Source: Mustelus asterias (Eukaryota). From it: a stretch of DNA of 64,000 nt. The notes beneath the pieces are model-generated. The model worked only from the letters and a program-made list of their open reading frames with translations. It did no database searches and was not told the DNA's origin. This document shows, piece by piece, positions 23,031 through 35,375 of this stretch. The number at the start of each line of letters is the position of its first letter. Within the stretch, counting starts at the first letter, position 1. The DNA is taken from the NCBI RefSeq assembly GCF_964213995.1, contig NC_135803.1:116746001-116810000 (forward strand), read 5' to 3'. A program made the translations under genes and the position numbers.

Positions 23031-24844
23031 CTGGTTGGTCAACCAAATAGCCCTGGTGTAGCTCTCTCTTGCAACCGAACATGAATGATAGACTGAATGG
23101 CCTTCCTTTGAGCTGGATGTTTCTCTAAAGATCTAATGCATTGTAGAAATATATGTTTTTTATAGTTCATACTGCATTCTTAAAGTTACAAAGCTAATGC
23201 CCAGAATGGAATGGGGCAGACCAAAATCCATTCCTTGCTTGCTCCAAAAAACAAATTTCAATTGAATCCAATTTGTGGTCCTTACAAGTGAGACAAACAA
23301 GATCCAAGTTGATAAGATTAGGCATTGCACCCTATCTTGGGCTTGATCTGATGGTTGGTCTTAGCCAAAAGAGGGGGGTAGGGGGGCGTTGGGAGGGGGT
23401 GGGGGGGGGGGGTGGTGGGGGTGGGGGGGGTGCACCATGCAAATGTCCATTGACCTCCGGCAGGGTTCTCCAGTTTTGGGGTGAGCGTGGCCGGAGAATC
23501 CCACCCTTGGTTTCATTCCAAAGCAGACAGAATGAGAGGCGACATAAAAAAAAGGCCAAAATTTCCTGGCCGTTCCTGCCGATGGGATCTTCCAGTTCCC
23601 CCGACGACATTCCCTGTCATGGGCTCCCTGGCAGCAGAGGGCGAAAACAATGGGAAAACCATAGCAGTTGGAACAGAAGATCCCCGTTGCCAGCCAATGG
23701 CGGGCAGGCTGCCTCACACAATGCAGGGGTCAGGGTGGAAAATCTCACTATCATGCACAGGTAAATCAAGTCTTCTGGGTTTCTATTCCTTAGTACTATC
23801 CTGGGCAAAGTTTTTAACATATAAGCCGTTGGGAAGGATCTCTAAGGTGACTTTGTGTAAATTAAATTACCACTCTGATATGGTTGTGTCCTACCATGGA
23901 GATCTTCAGAGGTGAAACTCTCTGATTTGACAGGAGCACAAACAGGGAAGACCTAACTCGACTGTGCTTGTATTGGTTTCTGTAATGGACCCTATCCCCA
24001 TTTTTTACAGTGATGACATGGAAATTATTCTCAAAGGAAATCATGCTACCAACATTGTGGCTGTTGCCTAGCTACGTTCATAAAATCATATACTGAAGAA
24101 AATGTAAACCATGTCATAACCCATCACTGACCTTTTGCTAAAAATAGATCTCCAGTGCATTTCTTCAAATATAAATCTTAGCGCCACCCCCCCACTGTGA
24201 CTAATAAAGTAGTGACAACAGCCCATGTTTCACTAAGGCCTCCAGAGGCAAACACGAATATCAAGTTATTTCAGCTACTCCCTGGATATCAGTCACCAAC
24301 TGCATTAAGTTACTCATGTTTACTGGCTGTGAAGGATATGTGGGATTGTCATTGCCTAACTTAATCTGGACACTGGATGCATACACCATTACTCACATCG
24401 AGAAGATATTGCAGAGGAGCACTCAAGCACTTGTTGCATAACTGAGACATTAGTTCGTTTATAATATTAAACCCAAGTAAACCAAAACTGAGCTCACAAT
24501 TTTTCTCATCAATTTTCTTAAATTTCTATTGGATAATACATTGCGTTGAGTGCGTTGCAAGGTAATAACATGTCAAGGACATTCCTATGATAACTTCAGT
24601 CATGAAATTGAAGCTCCAGTGTTTCATTTCTGAAACCTGAGATGGGTTACAGCTTCATCAAGTCTATGTAATTCTGTACAATTTTTATCATACAGCTTTA
24701 CATCAGTACTCAGTGAAAGAGAGAGCTGTTCTTCTGTTGGGATAGGCTGCACTTAAACAGCAAATCAAATAACTGGGGTAGTGGACAAGAGCTTTAATCT
24801 AATAAGGGGATGGATGGGAGATTACAAGCTCAAAGACATCAAGG

Positions 24845-25323
24845 GAAAACATAGAAACTAGAGGCAGGAGTAGGCCATTCAGCCCTTTGAGCCTGCTCTG
24901 CCATTCATTATGATCATGGCTGATCATCAAATTCAATAACCTGATACCCCCTTCCCCGCATATCCATTTAGCTCCAAGAGCTATATCTAATTTCTTCTTG
25001 AAATCAGACGACTACTTTCTGTGGTAGTGAATTCCACAGATTCACCACTTCCTGGGTGAAGAGATTTCTCCTCACTCAGTTCTGAAAGGTTTACTCCTTA
25101 TCCTCAAACTATGACCCTAGTTTTGGACACCCCCACCAATGGGAAGACTCTTTCTGAATCTACCCTGTCTAACCCTGTTAGAATATTATAAGTTTCTATG
25201 AGATCCCCTCTCACTCTTCTAAACTCCAGTGAATAATCCTAACCGACATAGTCCCTCCTCAATTGACAGAACTGCCATCCCAGGAATCAGCCTGGTAAAC
25301 CTTCTCTGTCCTTCCTTTGTAGC
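24845..25323 (-). mobile_element. CR1 3' fragment, target of the Gypsy insertion; continues at 30070-30660
   Basis: CR1 tail (catagaaa) and RT C-terminal sequence are contiguous across the LTR element. Confidence 0.8.
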
Positions 25324-25641
25324 TGATGCACATCAATTTAGACACGAGGCTCGAAGCTCAGTAAATGAAGGCTTTTATTTACTATTAATGAAGCTACCAG
25401 AACTTATGTACACTATCCCAGACTGAAGGGGTCCCGGCCAGAGCAGGGACTCTTATACCTCTCCCAGGAGGCGGAGCCCGACTGGGATGTGCCACAACAC
25501 TATCATACAAAGGTGTAACAACCCCACCCTAACCCAACAGCAACAATAGCACAATCCAACAGTAACATATGTACATCCTTGTAGTCCTGGCCAGCCCCTA
25601 GCTCAGCACTATCCAGTGGGAACCAACGATGGTTCACCACA
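25324..25641 (-). repeat. 3' LTR
   Basis: Direct repeat of 29752-30069; adjacent to the PPT. Confidence 0.97.
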
Positions 25642-25704
25642 TTCACCCCTCCTTTGAAAACAATGGCCGGCGGGGTACAAAAACCAGAATAAAATGTCAG
25701 CAAT

Positions 25705-28700
25705 CTATAAGTTCAGACGGTCAGGGGGACCGCACCGTCGTTGTGACCTCCTCAATACCGGCGGTGACACCGGAGTAGGCACCTGCGGTGGCGTTCTCCC
25801 CAAAGCGGCGTCCAGCTGTTCTTCCACGGACTCACAGGCCGGTTGACCCTGAGGTGACGGTAGTCCAGGGGATCCTGACACGCCCTGCGGTGGCGACCAT
25901 CTTCTGGGCTCAGGCAAGCTGTACATGGGAGTAAAATGGTTAAGCAATGGTCCCGATGCTGCCAGCGCCGTGTCCGGGGAAGAAATGAGAGATAATGGGT
26001 TTGTTACTGGGGGTATGGGAGCGACAGGGGTTGCTACGTCCCCTGCTGGCACCAGGTCTCGGATCGAGACCGTGTCCTCTCGCCCGTCAGGGTATGCCAC
26101 ATAGGCATACTGAGGGTTGGCGTGGAGGAGATGGACCTGTTCAACCAAGGGGTCGGAGTTGCGGGCCCTTACATGTCGCCGCAGGAGGACGGGTCCTGAG
26201 TACGTCAACCAAGACGGTAATGAGGTCCCCGAGGAAGACTTCCGAGGGAATGAGAACATCCTCTCGTGGGGAGTAGCATTGGTTGCCGTACACAGGAGGG
26301 AGCGAATAGAGTGGAGCGCATCAGGGAAGACCTCCTGCCAACGGGAGACTGGAAGACCTTTGGACTTCAACGCCAGTAAGACAGCCTTCCAGACTGTAGC
26401 ATTCTCGCGTTCCACCTGTCCATTACCCCTAGGGTTGTAACTCATGGTCCTACTAGAGGCAATCCCGTATGAGAGCAGGAATTGCCTCAAGTCATCGCTC
26501 ATGAACGACGAGCCCCTGTCGCTATGGATATAGCTGGGGTACCCGAACAGGGTAAAAAAATCACGGAATGCCTCGATCACCGTGGCAGCGGATGTATCCG
26601 AGCAGGGAACAACAAACGGGAACCGGGAGTACTCATCGATGATGTTTAGAAAGTACACGTTCCGATCTGTTGAGGGAAGGGGGCCCTTAAAATCAACACT
26701 CAGTCTCTCGAAGGGACGAGTGGCCTTGACCAAATGTGCCTGGTCAGGTCGGTAAAAGTGCGGTTTGCATTCCGCGCAAATCCGACAGCTCCTTGTTACC
26801 GACCTGACGTCCTCCACCGAGTAAGGCAGGTTGCGGGCTTTTACAAAGTGGTAGAGCCGAGTGACCCCAGGATGGCACAGATCATTATGGAGGGCGTTCA
26901 AATGATCCTCCTGAATACTAGCGCATGTTCCACGCGAGAGGGCATCCGAGGGCTCATTGAGTTTCCCTGGACGATACAGGATATCGTAGTTATAGGTGGA
27001 GAGTTCAATTCTCCACCGCAAGATCTTGTCATTCTTGATCTTGCCCCTCTGCGTGTTGTTAAACATGAGCGCCACGGACCGCTGGTCCGTGATCAGGGTG
27101 AACCGTTTTCCCGCCAAGTAATGGCGCCAGTGTCTGACGGCCTCCACAATGGCCTGGGCCTCCTTTTCCACCGCTGAATGCCGAATTTCAGGGCCTTGGA
27201 GGGTGCGGGAAAAAAATGCGACGGGCCTGCCCGCCTGGTTAAGTGTGGCGGCCAGGGCGAAATCAGATGCATCGCTCTCCAGCTGAAAGGGGATGGACTC
27301 ATCTACCGCGTGCATCGTAGCTTTCGCGATGTCGTCTTTCAATTTCTCGAAGGCCAATTGGGCCTCTGGCGTTAGGGGAAAAGTCGTGGACTTAATAAGC
27401 GGACGGGCTTTGTCCGCGTAATTGGGAATCCACTGCGCATAATAAGAGAAGAAGCCTAGGCATCTTCTCAGTGCTTTTGCACTAGCAGGCAAGGGAAGCT
27501 CAGCAAGGGGGCGCATACGGTCTGGATCAGGGCCAATGACCCCGTTTTCCACCACGTATCCTAGGATGGCTAAACGGCGCGTATGAAACACACACTTCTC
27601 CCTGTTGTAGGTCAAGTTCAGGCGAGATGCAGTGCGTAAGAAGTTCAGGAGGTTTGTGTCGTGGTCCTGCTGGTCATGGCCGCAGATGGTGACATTATCC
27701 AGGTACGGGAAGGTAGCCCGCAGCCCGTTCTGGTCCACCATTCGGTCCATAGCACGCTGGAAGACCGAGACCCCATTGGTGACACCAAAGGGAACCCTGA
27801 GAAAATGATACAAGCGACCATCCACCTCAAAAGCCGTGTATTGTCGGTCCTCTGGGCGAATGGGGAGTTGGTGGTAGGCAGACTTGAGGTCTATGGTGGA
27901 GAACATCCGGTACTGCGCAATCTGATTGACCATATCAGATATGAGCGGGAGAGGATACGCATCCAGCTGCGTATATCGGTTAATGGTTTGACTGTAGTCA
28001 ATGACAATCCGGGGTTTGTTCCCGCTCTTGACCACCACAACCTGTGCTCTCCACGGACTAACACTGGGTTGTATGATCCCTTCTTTGAGGAGCCGCTGAA
28101 CCTCAGATCTAATGAAGATCCGATCCTCAGTGCTGTAACGCCTACTTTTAGTCGCGATGGGCTTGCAGCCTGGTACCAGATTCTGAAACAAAGAGGGAGT
28201 GGTGATCTTTAGCGTCGAGAGGTTGCAGGCGGGGTGCGTTGGGCAATTTGGAGGCTGCTGCTGTTTTCCCACTGCCAGTGAAGGGAGTGGCCCACCGTAC
28301 TGTAGGATTACGCTCCTCAAGTGGACCATGAAGTTTAGTCCGAGAAGTATTGGCGCGCAAAGATACGGCAACACAAGGAGCTTGAAGCGCTCGTAAACTG
28401 TGCCTTGTACTTTCAAGGTTACCACGCAACTCCTTAGCACGGCAACAGACCGGGACCTTGATGCCATAGAGATTGTCTGTTTGGCAGGTTGAATCTGGAG
28501 TCCACACCTCTTCACAGTGTCTGGGTGGATAAAGCTCTCAGTGCTCCCGCTGTCAAACAGACAATAAAGCACATGATTGTTTACCTGGATATTCATCATT
28601 GAACGATCGAGTCTATGAGGCTTGGCCTGGTCCAGGATGATCGACGCCACCGTTGGTTCATGATCGCCACTGCAGGCAGCTGAAATCGATGCTGAGGACC

Positions 28701-29698
28701 CCTGCTGGTCGTTCATGGTCAGTGTCGACCAACATGGCTGCCCCCATGAATCGCACGTGGGTAAGGGCGCCAAACTCCGCGACCCCTGGTGGTCATACTC
28801 CTCCGACTCCGTCGACCGTAATGGCGTCGTCCTGGCCTCGCACGTGGATGAACCCCGCGACGACTTCGACGATGATGATGATCCAAGCTCCGAAGAATCG
28901 CAGGCCGCACTGCCGTTCCTGGGTTTCAATCGGCACACCTTTGCATAATGCCCTTTTTTACCGCATGCAGTGCACAATACAGCTTTAGCGGGACACTTTT
29001 GCCGGGTATGTTTTGCTCCTCCACAGAAGTAGCACCGCGGGCCGCACGGGGCTGCAGCTGTCATCTGGCCCGAATGGGAGCACGCCATTACACAGCATTT
29101 CGAATCCGAGGGGCGAGGAGGGATTTGCGACTGCTCCTGCCACGTTGTCTCCACGTGGTCCTCTGGATATAAGACTAAGCTCTTTGAAGCCGACTTGAGT
29201 ATCTCTGCTAACTCGATGGCCTGGGTAAGATTAAGGTTACCCTTCTCCAACAGTTTAAGTCGAACGTACGACGATCCGACCCCAGCCACAAACACATCTC
29301 GGGCGAGGTCATACATGCTCTGCTCAGCCGACACAGCTTTGCAGTCACAGCCCCTGGCTAGCTGTAAGAGCTCATTGGCATAGTCCTCCATCGTTTTGCC
29401 CGACTGCCGTCGTCGAGTGGCTAGGAGGTAACGAGCGTGTATCTCGTTAGGTGGTTTTGTATAGCGCTTCTTTAGAAGCTCGAGGGCCTTAGGGTGATTA
29501 GTGGCCGCACGGATCGCGAGGTAGACTGTGTCGCTTACCCTCGCATGGAGGACCCGGAGTCTGTCATCATCTGTGGTGACCGCTGTGGAGGCTGCTAGGT
29601 AAATCTTCTAAACACTTCAGCCAGTGGTCGAAGGTGTTAGAAGCGCCCACCGCACGTGGATCTAGCGTCAGACGTTCTGGCTTGAGAATTTGCTCCAC
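25705..29698 (-). CDS. Gag-Pol polyprotein (two CCHC knuckles, protease, RT, RNase H, integrase); +1 frameshift near 29600, GTG at the expected start
   Basis: ORF 25705-29391 is open for 1228 aa: CYFCGGAKHTRQKC / CTACGKKGHYAKVC, LFDSGS, IDLKSAYHQ, PFG, YLDN, SDAS, HHCC, D-D-E. The upstream gag frame (EQILKPERL...FDHWLKC / YLAASTAV...LATRRRQSGKTMEDY) joins it after one frameshift. Confidence 0.92.
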
Positions 29699-29751
29699 AC
29701 TCTCTCTCTTCTTTTTTTCTCCGTCGAGAGTTTAATAATAGTAAATAAAAT

Positions 29752-30069
29752 TGATGCACATCAATTTAGACACGAGGCTCGAAGCTCAGTAAATGAAGGC
29801 TTTTATTTACTATTAATGAAGCTATCAGAACTTATGTACACTATCCAAGACTGAAGGGGTCCCGGCCAGAGCAGGGACTCTTATACCTCTCCCAGGAGGC
29901 GGAGCCCGACTGGGATGTGCCACAACACTATCATACAAAGGTGTAACAACCCCACCCTAACCCAACAGCAACAATAGCACAATCCAACAGTAACATATGT
30001 ACATCCTTGTAGTCCTGGCCAGCCCCTGGCTCAGCACTATCCAGTGGGAACCAACGATGGTTCACCACA
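29752..30069 (-). repeat. 5' LTR with TATAA (29881-29885) and AATAAA (29802-29807)
   Basis: Direct repeat of 25324-25641; motifs read on the minus strand. Confidence 0.95.
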
Positions 30070-30924
30070 GTAGCAAGGACGTCCTTCCTCAGACAATGAC
30101 ACTAAAACTGCACACAATACTCCAGGTGTGGCCTCACCAACACCCTATACAATTGCAGTAAAACATCCCCATCCCTCTCACTTGAAGGCCAACATACCAT
30201 TTGCCTTCTTGACTGCCTACTGTACCTAGACGCTTAGTTTCAGTGACTGATGCCCGAGGGCACCAAGGTCAAGCTGTTTATCCATCTCTTCCAATTTACA
30301 CCCATTCGAGTAATAATCTGTCTTCCTATTATTGCTACCAAAGTGGATAGCCTCACATTTATCCACATTATACTGCATCTGCCATGCATATGTCCACATA
30401 CTCAGCCTGTAAAAATCATGTTGGAGCATCTCGGCCTCCTCCTCACAGCTTCCCTCCGACCCAACTTTGTATCATCTGCAAATTCCATAATAATACATTT
30501 AGTTCCCTCTTCCAAATCATTAATATATAATGTGAACAGTTGGGGTCCTAACACAGATACCTGTGGTACCCCACTAGTCACTACCCGCCAATCAGAAAAA
30601 GACCATTTATGCCAACTCTTTGCTTCCTAGCCACTAACCAGCTTTCTATCCATCTCACGACATCACCGGCAATGTCACAGCTCTAAAGCAAAGGTCAGGA
30701 ATGAACAGTGAGACTTAGGTATTGGGTATTATGGTGACCTTTCAGGTCAGAATTTTACTCATCCCGAGCAGGCACACTTCTGATCTGGAAGTGCATAAAA
30801 TATTCTGTGAAATAACTTGTGATAACATTAGGCGCGCATCCCGATGTCACCTCGCTCTCACACAATATCTTTGTCAGTGGGTGCAGGCTAGTGAGACATT
30901 ACAACAAACTGTAAACATTTCCAT

Positions 30925-31720
30925 AGGTATGTAAATAGGAAGAGATTGGTGAAAGTAAATGGGGGTGCATCAAAGACAGACAAATAGGATTATAATAGGG
31001 AATAAGGTAATGGCAGAGACATAAAACAAATATTTTGTAACTATCTTTAATTCTGGAAATAATGGAGAACTAAGGATCTAACAAGAATGAGGAACTTGAA
31101 GAAATCAGTACAAGTAGAGAAGTAACACTTGAGGATTTAATGGAACTAATAGATGACAAATTCCCTGGATAATGGTGACTCCAGAGATAGTCGCTACATT
31201 GATTTTGACCTTCCAGAATTCCTTAGATTCTAGAACAGTTCCCAAGAGTTGAAATGTAGGAAACATAACTCTGTATTTAGGATAGCAGGAAGAGAGAAAA
31301 GAAAGAACTGTAATCCAGTTAACTTATCAATAGTAGGCAAAATGATAGAATCTATTATTATGGATATGGTAACAGGCCATTTGGAAAATCTAAATATAAT
31401 CAAGCAAAGTAAGTACTGATTTATGAGAGGGAAGTCACATTTCATGAATCTGTTAAGAGTTTTTTTTAGGATGTAATTCATAATATGGATAAGGGTCAAC
31501 CAGTGCATTTAATGCACATATATTTGGATTTTCAAAAGGCAGTTGATAAGATGATATATAAAAAGTTATTTTACGAAATTAGGGCATGTAGTGTTGTGGG
31601 TAGTACATTAACATGGACATGTACATTAGTTAATGGACATAAGTCAGGGAGTAGGTATAAATGGGATATTTTCAGTGTGACAGGCATTAACTAGTGCAGG
31701 GCCACAAGGATCTGTAGTTA
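30925..31720 (+). mobile_element. Degenerate CR1 RT fragment
   Basis: Remnant of IYLDFQKAVDK with many stops. Confidence 0.7.
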
Positions 31721-32363
31721 AACTGCTGCAGGGACATTAAGATGAAACACAGCTTAAAGTAAGGCCTGGTTCTAAGTTTAAAGTGATTTGTCTAATTAGT
31801 TAGAGCCAATAGAAGTTCACCCTTACACTTCTTGACAATATTATAGACCAATTAGTAATTTCCAACAATATTGACTAAGGTGGGCCTAAAACATCTTTAG
31901 AGTAAAAGAGGTTGCGGGAAACATCTTTATGCATGTCTAGGGTGAAAGAGATCTTTGGGGGTAGTTGAGCATCTTCCTATCAATACAAAAGATTGTTTCC
32001 AACTACTTCAGGGGCAGTCAAACTTCCTCTTGTCAGTGTGGAGTTTGAGTGTTAAGTGCTGGGATTTGTTCAGTGATGGTTTCCCTACCAGTAGAAATCC
32101 CAGAAAGGTGTAGTGCTTCTTGGAGTCACTGACAGTTTCTCTGTTGGATTGATCACCTAAGAGAAAGCTTGGAATTGGTAGAATTTCATTGATAAATATA
32201 CTTTTCCTATATTCTTCCTCTATTTGTTAATTGGTAAGTTTTAGTTTATTGAATAAGTTAATATTTATTCTTGAATGTTTGATCAGGACAATCAAACTGT
32301 TGTTTAAAATGTACTTACTTATAGTCAATAAGCATTGACATTATTTGCTAATTCAGAGTCTGA

Positions 32364-33594
32364 GGGCCCTATTTTACCATTTTGATTCTAAGTGCTAAGC
32401 GGACTTGAAACTGGGAGTGTTTCAGATCCAACTTTTAGACCCATTCTCAGGTGCCCCCATACGCACTCTGCCTGAAAAAATATCAGCAATTCCGAATCGC
32501 GCTGCAGAAGCCTGTGGGCGGGGCTTAATGCGCCCAAAGTCCTGCAGCTCCGATCGGCGCCTCCAACTGCGCATGCGCAGAAAAAAAAGGATAGAATGCA
32601 GCTCCCCTGTCACATCGCTCCCGGGCCGGATAATGCCTCCTACTGGCCTCCACAGACATTACCCCACCCCCACAACATTACTGACACCCTTATCCCCCCA
32701 CCCCCTCCACCACCAATCATGGGCCCCTCCCCCCTTCCCCCTTACTGATCACAAGCAGAGTGGCAGCAGATCCCCCCTTCCCCCTCTCTGATCACAGGCA
32801 GAGTGGCAGCGGATCTCCCCTTCCCGCTCACTGACCACAGGCAGAGTGGCAGCGGATCTCCCCTTCCCCCTCTCTGATCACAGGCAGAATGGTAGCGGAT
32901 CCCTCCTTCCCCCTCACTGATCACAGGCAGAATGGCAGCGGATCCCTCTTCCCCCTCACTGATCACAGGCAGAATGGCAGCAGAGCCCCCCCTTTCCCTT
33001 TCACTGATCATAGGCAGAGTGGCAGCAGAGCCCCCCCTTCCCCCTTACTGATCACAGGCAGAGTGGCAGAAGACCCCCCTTTCCTCCTCATTGATCACAG
33101 GCAGAGTGGCAACAGACCCCCCCTTCCCCCTCACTGATCACAGGCAAAGTGGCAGCGAACCCCACCCCCTCCTGCCCCCCACCAATCTCAAGCAGAGAGA
33201 CGTTGGACCCACCTCCCCCCAACCCCCACCGATCTCAAGCAGAGAGCCGTCGGATGCTCGGCACTTACCTCCTCACTGGCTGGAGCGCCCAAATTGGACT
33301 TTTGTAGAGCATGTCTGTTTTGCGCTGATTCTGGATGGGCGAAAGCGGTGGTAAAAGGGGAAGTGCCGGTAAGGTTGGGTGTGCAGCCCATTAAATCAAT
33401 TTAAATGCATGCAAATACATTTAAATGGCCGTCGCGCCCGTTTCAGGCACAGTCCTGATCACAGCCATTTTCAGGCCTTGGTAATGTGGGAACTGGCGCG
33501 GAGGCGGACGCGGATCGCGCTATTCACCTCACGCCTGACTTTACCAAGTTTTCATGCCCGAAAACGGGCACAACTTGATGGTAAAATCGGACAT
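32364..33594 (+). mobile_element. PIF/Harbinger-like MITE with a 3-bp TSD (TGA)
   Basis: TIRs gggccctattttacc (32364-32378) / ggtaaaatcggacat (33580-33594); TGA on both flanks. Confidence 0.65.
32740..33160. repeat. Minisatellite, ~43-bp unit x ~10, inside the MITE
   Basis: Unit ctgatcacaggcagagtggcagcggatcccccttccccctca. Confidence 0.9.
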
Positions 33595-34894
33595 TGAATC
33601 TTTGCCTGATGGTTATTTCTCTGTTAAATTGGACAGGGATTGGGTATTGGAAGGGGCCTTGTTAGGTCAGGGTTTAATGTGGTCGGGGAGTGGTTGGGGT
33701 TTGCAGGGGTATTTGTGGGTGAGCGGGGGTTTGAGTTATGCTGTTAATCATGGAGTTACAACAGAAAGTAAACAGCCTGACAGTTCCAGTGTTAGTATCC
33801 AGGTAAGTAATTTATGTGTAGCCAAAGTCTCCAACATTGAAATCAGTGTCAGAGACTTTTGCGTAGTGCCCCAGATGGGAACTAACCCCTCAGAAGTTTA
33901 AACTTCGCGGGCAATTGCAGCACCTACGCACCCATCAGGACTTTGCAGGCTCCTGATGCATATCACTAATTTAAGACCAGATTTCACTGCTCTGGATCTT
34001 GGAAGATTTGGACTATTGAGTAGACTAGCCCTATTCCCTTGGGGTTTAATAGGAGAAGAGGTGGTCTCATTTAAACTTTTAAAATTCTTAAAGGGTTTGA
34101 TAGAGTGAATGATGTTTCCCCTGGTTAGGGACAATAGTACCAGGATCACAGTTTTAGAATAAAGGGTCAATCATTTAACTATTTCATCAGTGCCAGTTGT
34201 GCCCTCAGCTGCCAACGCATTAAGCTTTGGAATTCCCTCATTGAACTGCCTCCCTAACTTTCCTTCCTCCACTAAGACAGTCCCTAGAACTTTTCACTTC
34301 TAAACTATTGGCCATCTGCCCAAATATTGCCTTATGTGACTCAATCCATATTAGGCAATCATACAGGGCTCCTGTTCCTGTTCATTGTGTGTGAATACTG
34401 TTGAGAACAGGACCAGGTTTAGCTCTAAACTCCTCCACAGTTTGACTTCCTGCCATCAATCACTATGAAAACTAATATATGGGCTACCTTCACTGATGTA
34501 CTACATTGTTACCCATGGACTGATAAACGAGAGAGAAAATCAATGCCTTCAGCAGAGAAAGGGAAGGGAGAAAGTTGAAGGATTATATTGGAGAAAACAA
34601 AGTTTTCTAGTTGAAAAAAAATCTGAACTTACTTGACTCCATTTCGAATAGCAGCTGAATTGGTAATCTCATTCAAGCAAAGTGGTTGTTATGCAAAATG
34701 GAACAGTTGCAGGTATATTTATGTCGATGAGACCATGATGTTTTGTATAACACATGGAGCTCATTTTAATTTACAGGTATTCAGAACAAACTACTACATA
34801 ACTGATTTACTAAGGAAGTTGGTAGAGTTATCAGGAACCAATCTGTACATTTTCAATTAAGATTGTAATATATAACAGAGCAATGTAAACATGG

Positions 34895-35375
34895 GCCACA
34901 AGAGCAGGAGTAGGCCGTTTGGCCCTTCAAGCCTGCTCCATCACTCAGTAAGATCATGGCTGATTTGGTTGTGGTGTAAACACCACTTTCCTATCTGCCC
35001 CACATCCCATAATCCATGACTCCCTTGTCTCTCAAAAATCTATCTAACTCATCATTGACTAGAATAAAAGATCCAGCCTCCTTTACTTTCTGGGGTAGAA
35101 AATTCCAGATAAACAGCCCTCAGTAAAGTAATTTCTCATTCTTCTAATCTAAACTCTAATTAAGTACAGGTCCAGTCTGCTCAACTTTCCCTCCTAAACC
35201 AAGCCTTTCATCATAGGAATCAGCATTGTGACCTTCTCTGAACTTTTTCCCGATGTAACTATATCCCTCCTATAGTAAGGAAACCAAAAGTGTACACATT
35301 AGTCCAGGTGGCTCTATACAGCTGTAGCAAGACCTCTCAATTTTTATACTCAATTCCCCTTGCAAGAAGGACCAA
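34895..35375 (-). mobile_element. Degenerate CR1 3' fragment
   Basis: CR1 tail gagcaggagtaggcc... and an ARGIEYKN remnant. Confidence 0.65.

Larger units (their letters stand above)
25324..30069 (-). mobile_element. Full-length Ty3/Gypsy LTR retrotransposon, recent insertion
   Basis: 318-bp LTRs at 25324-25641 and 29752-30069 (TG...CA, 3 differences seen), 5-bp TSD GTAGC (25319-25323, 30070-30074), PPT AAAGGAGGGGTGAA at 25642-25655. Confidence 0.97.

Noticed and set aside
25995-29383. Plus-strand ORFs within the Gypsy element
   Set aside because: Antisense shadows of the GC-rich gag-pol frame.
32740-33160. CRISPR-like array
   Set aside because: Units are contiguous tandem repeats without unique spacers; vertebrate context and no cas genes.
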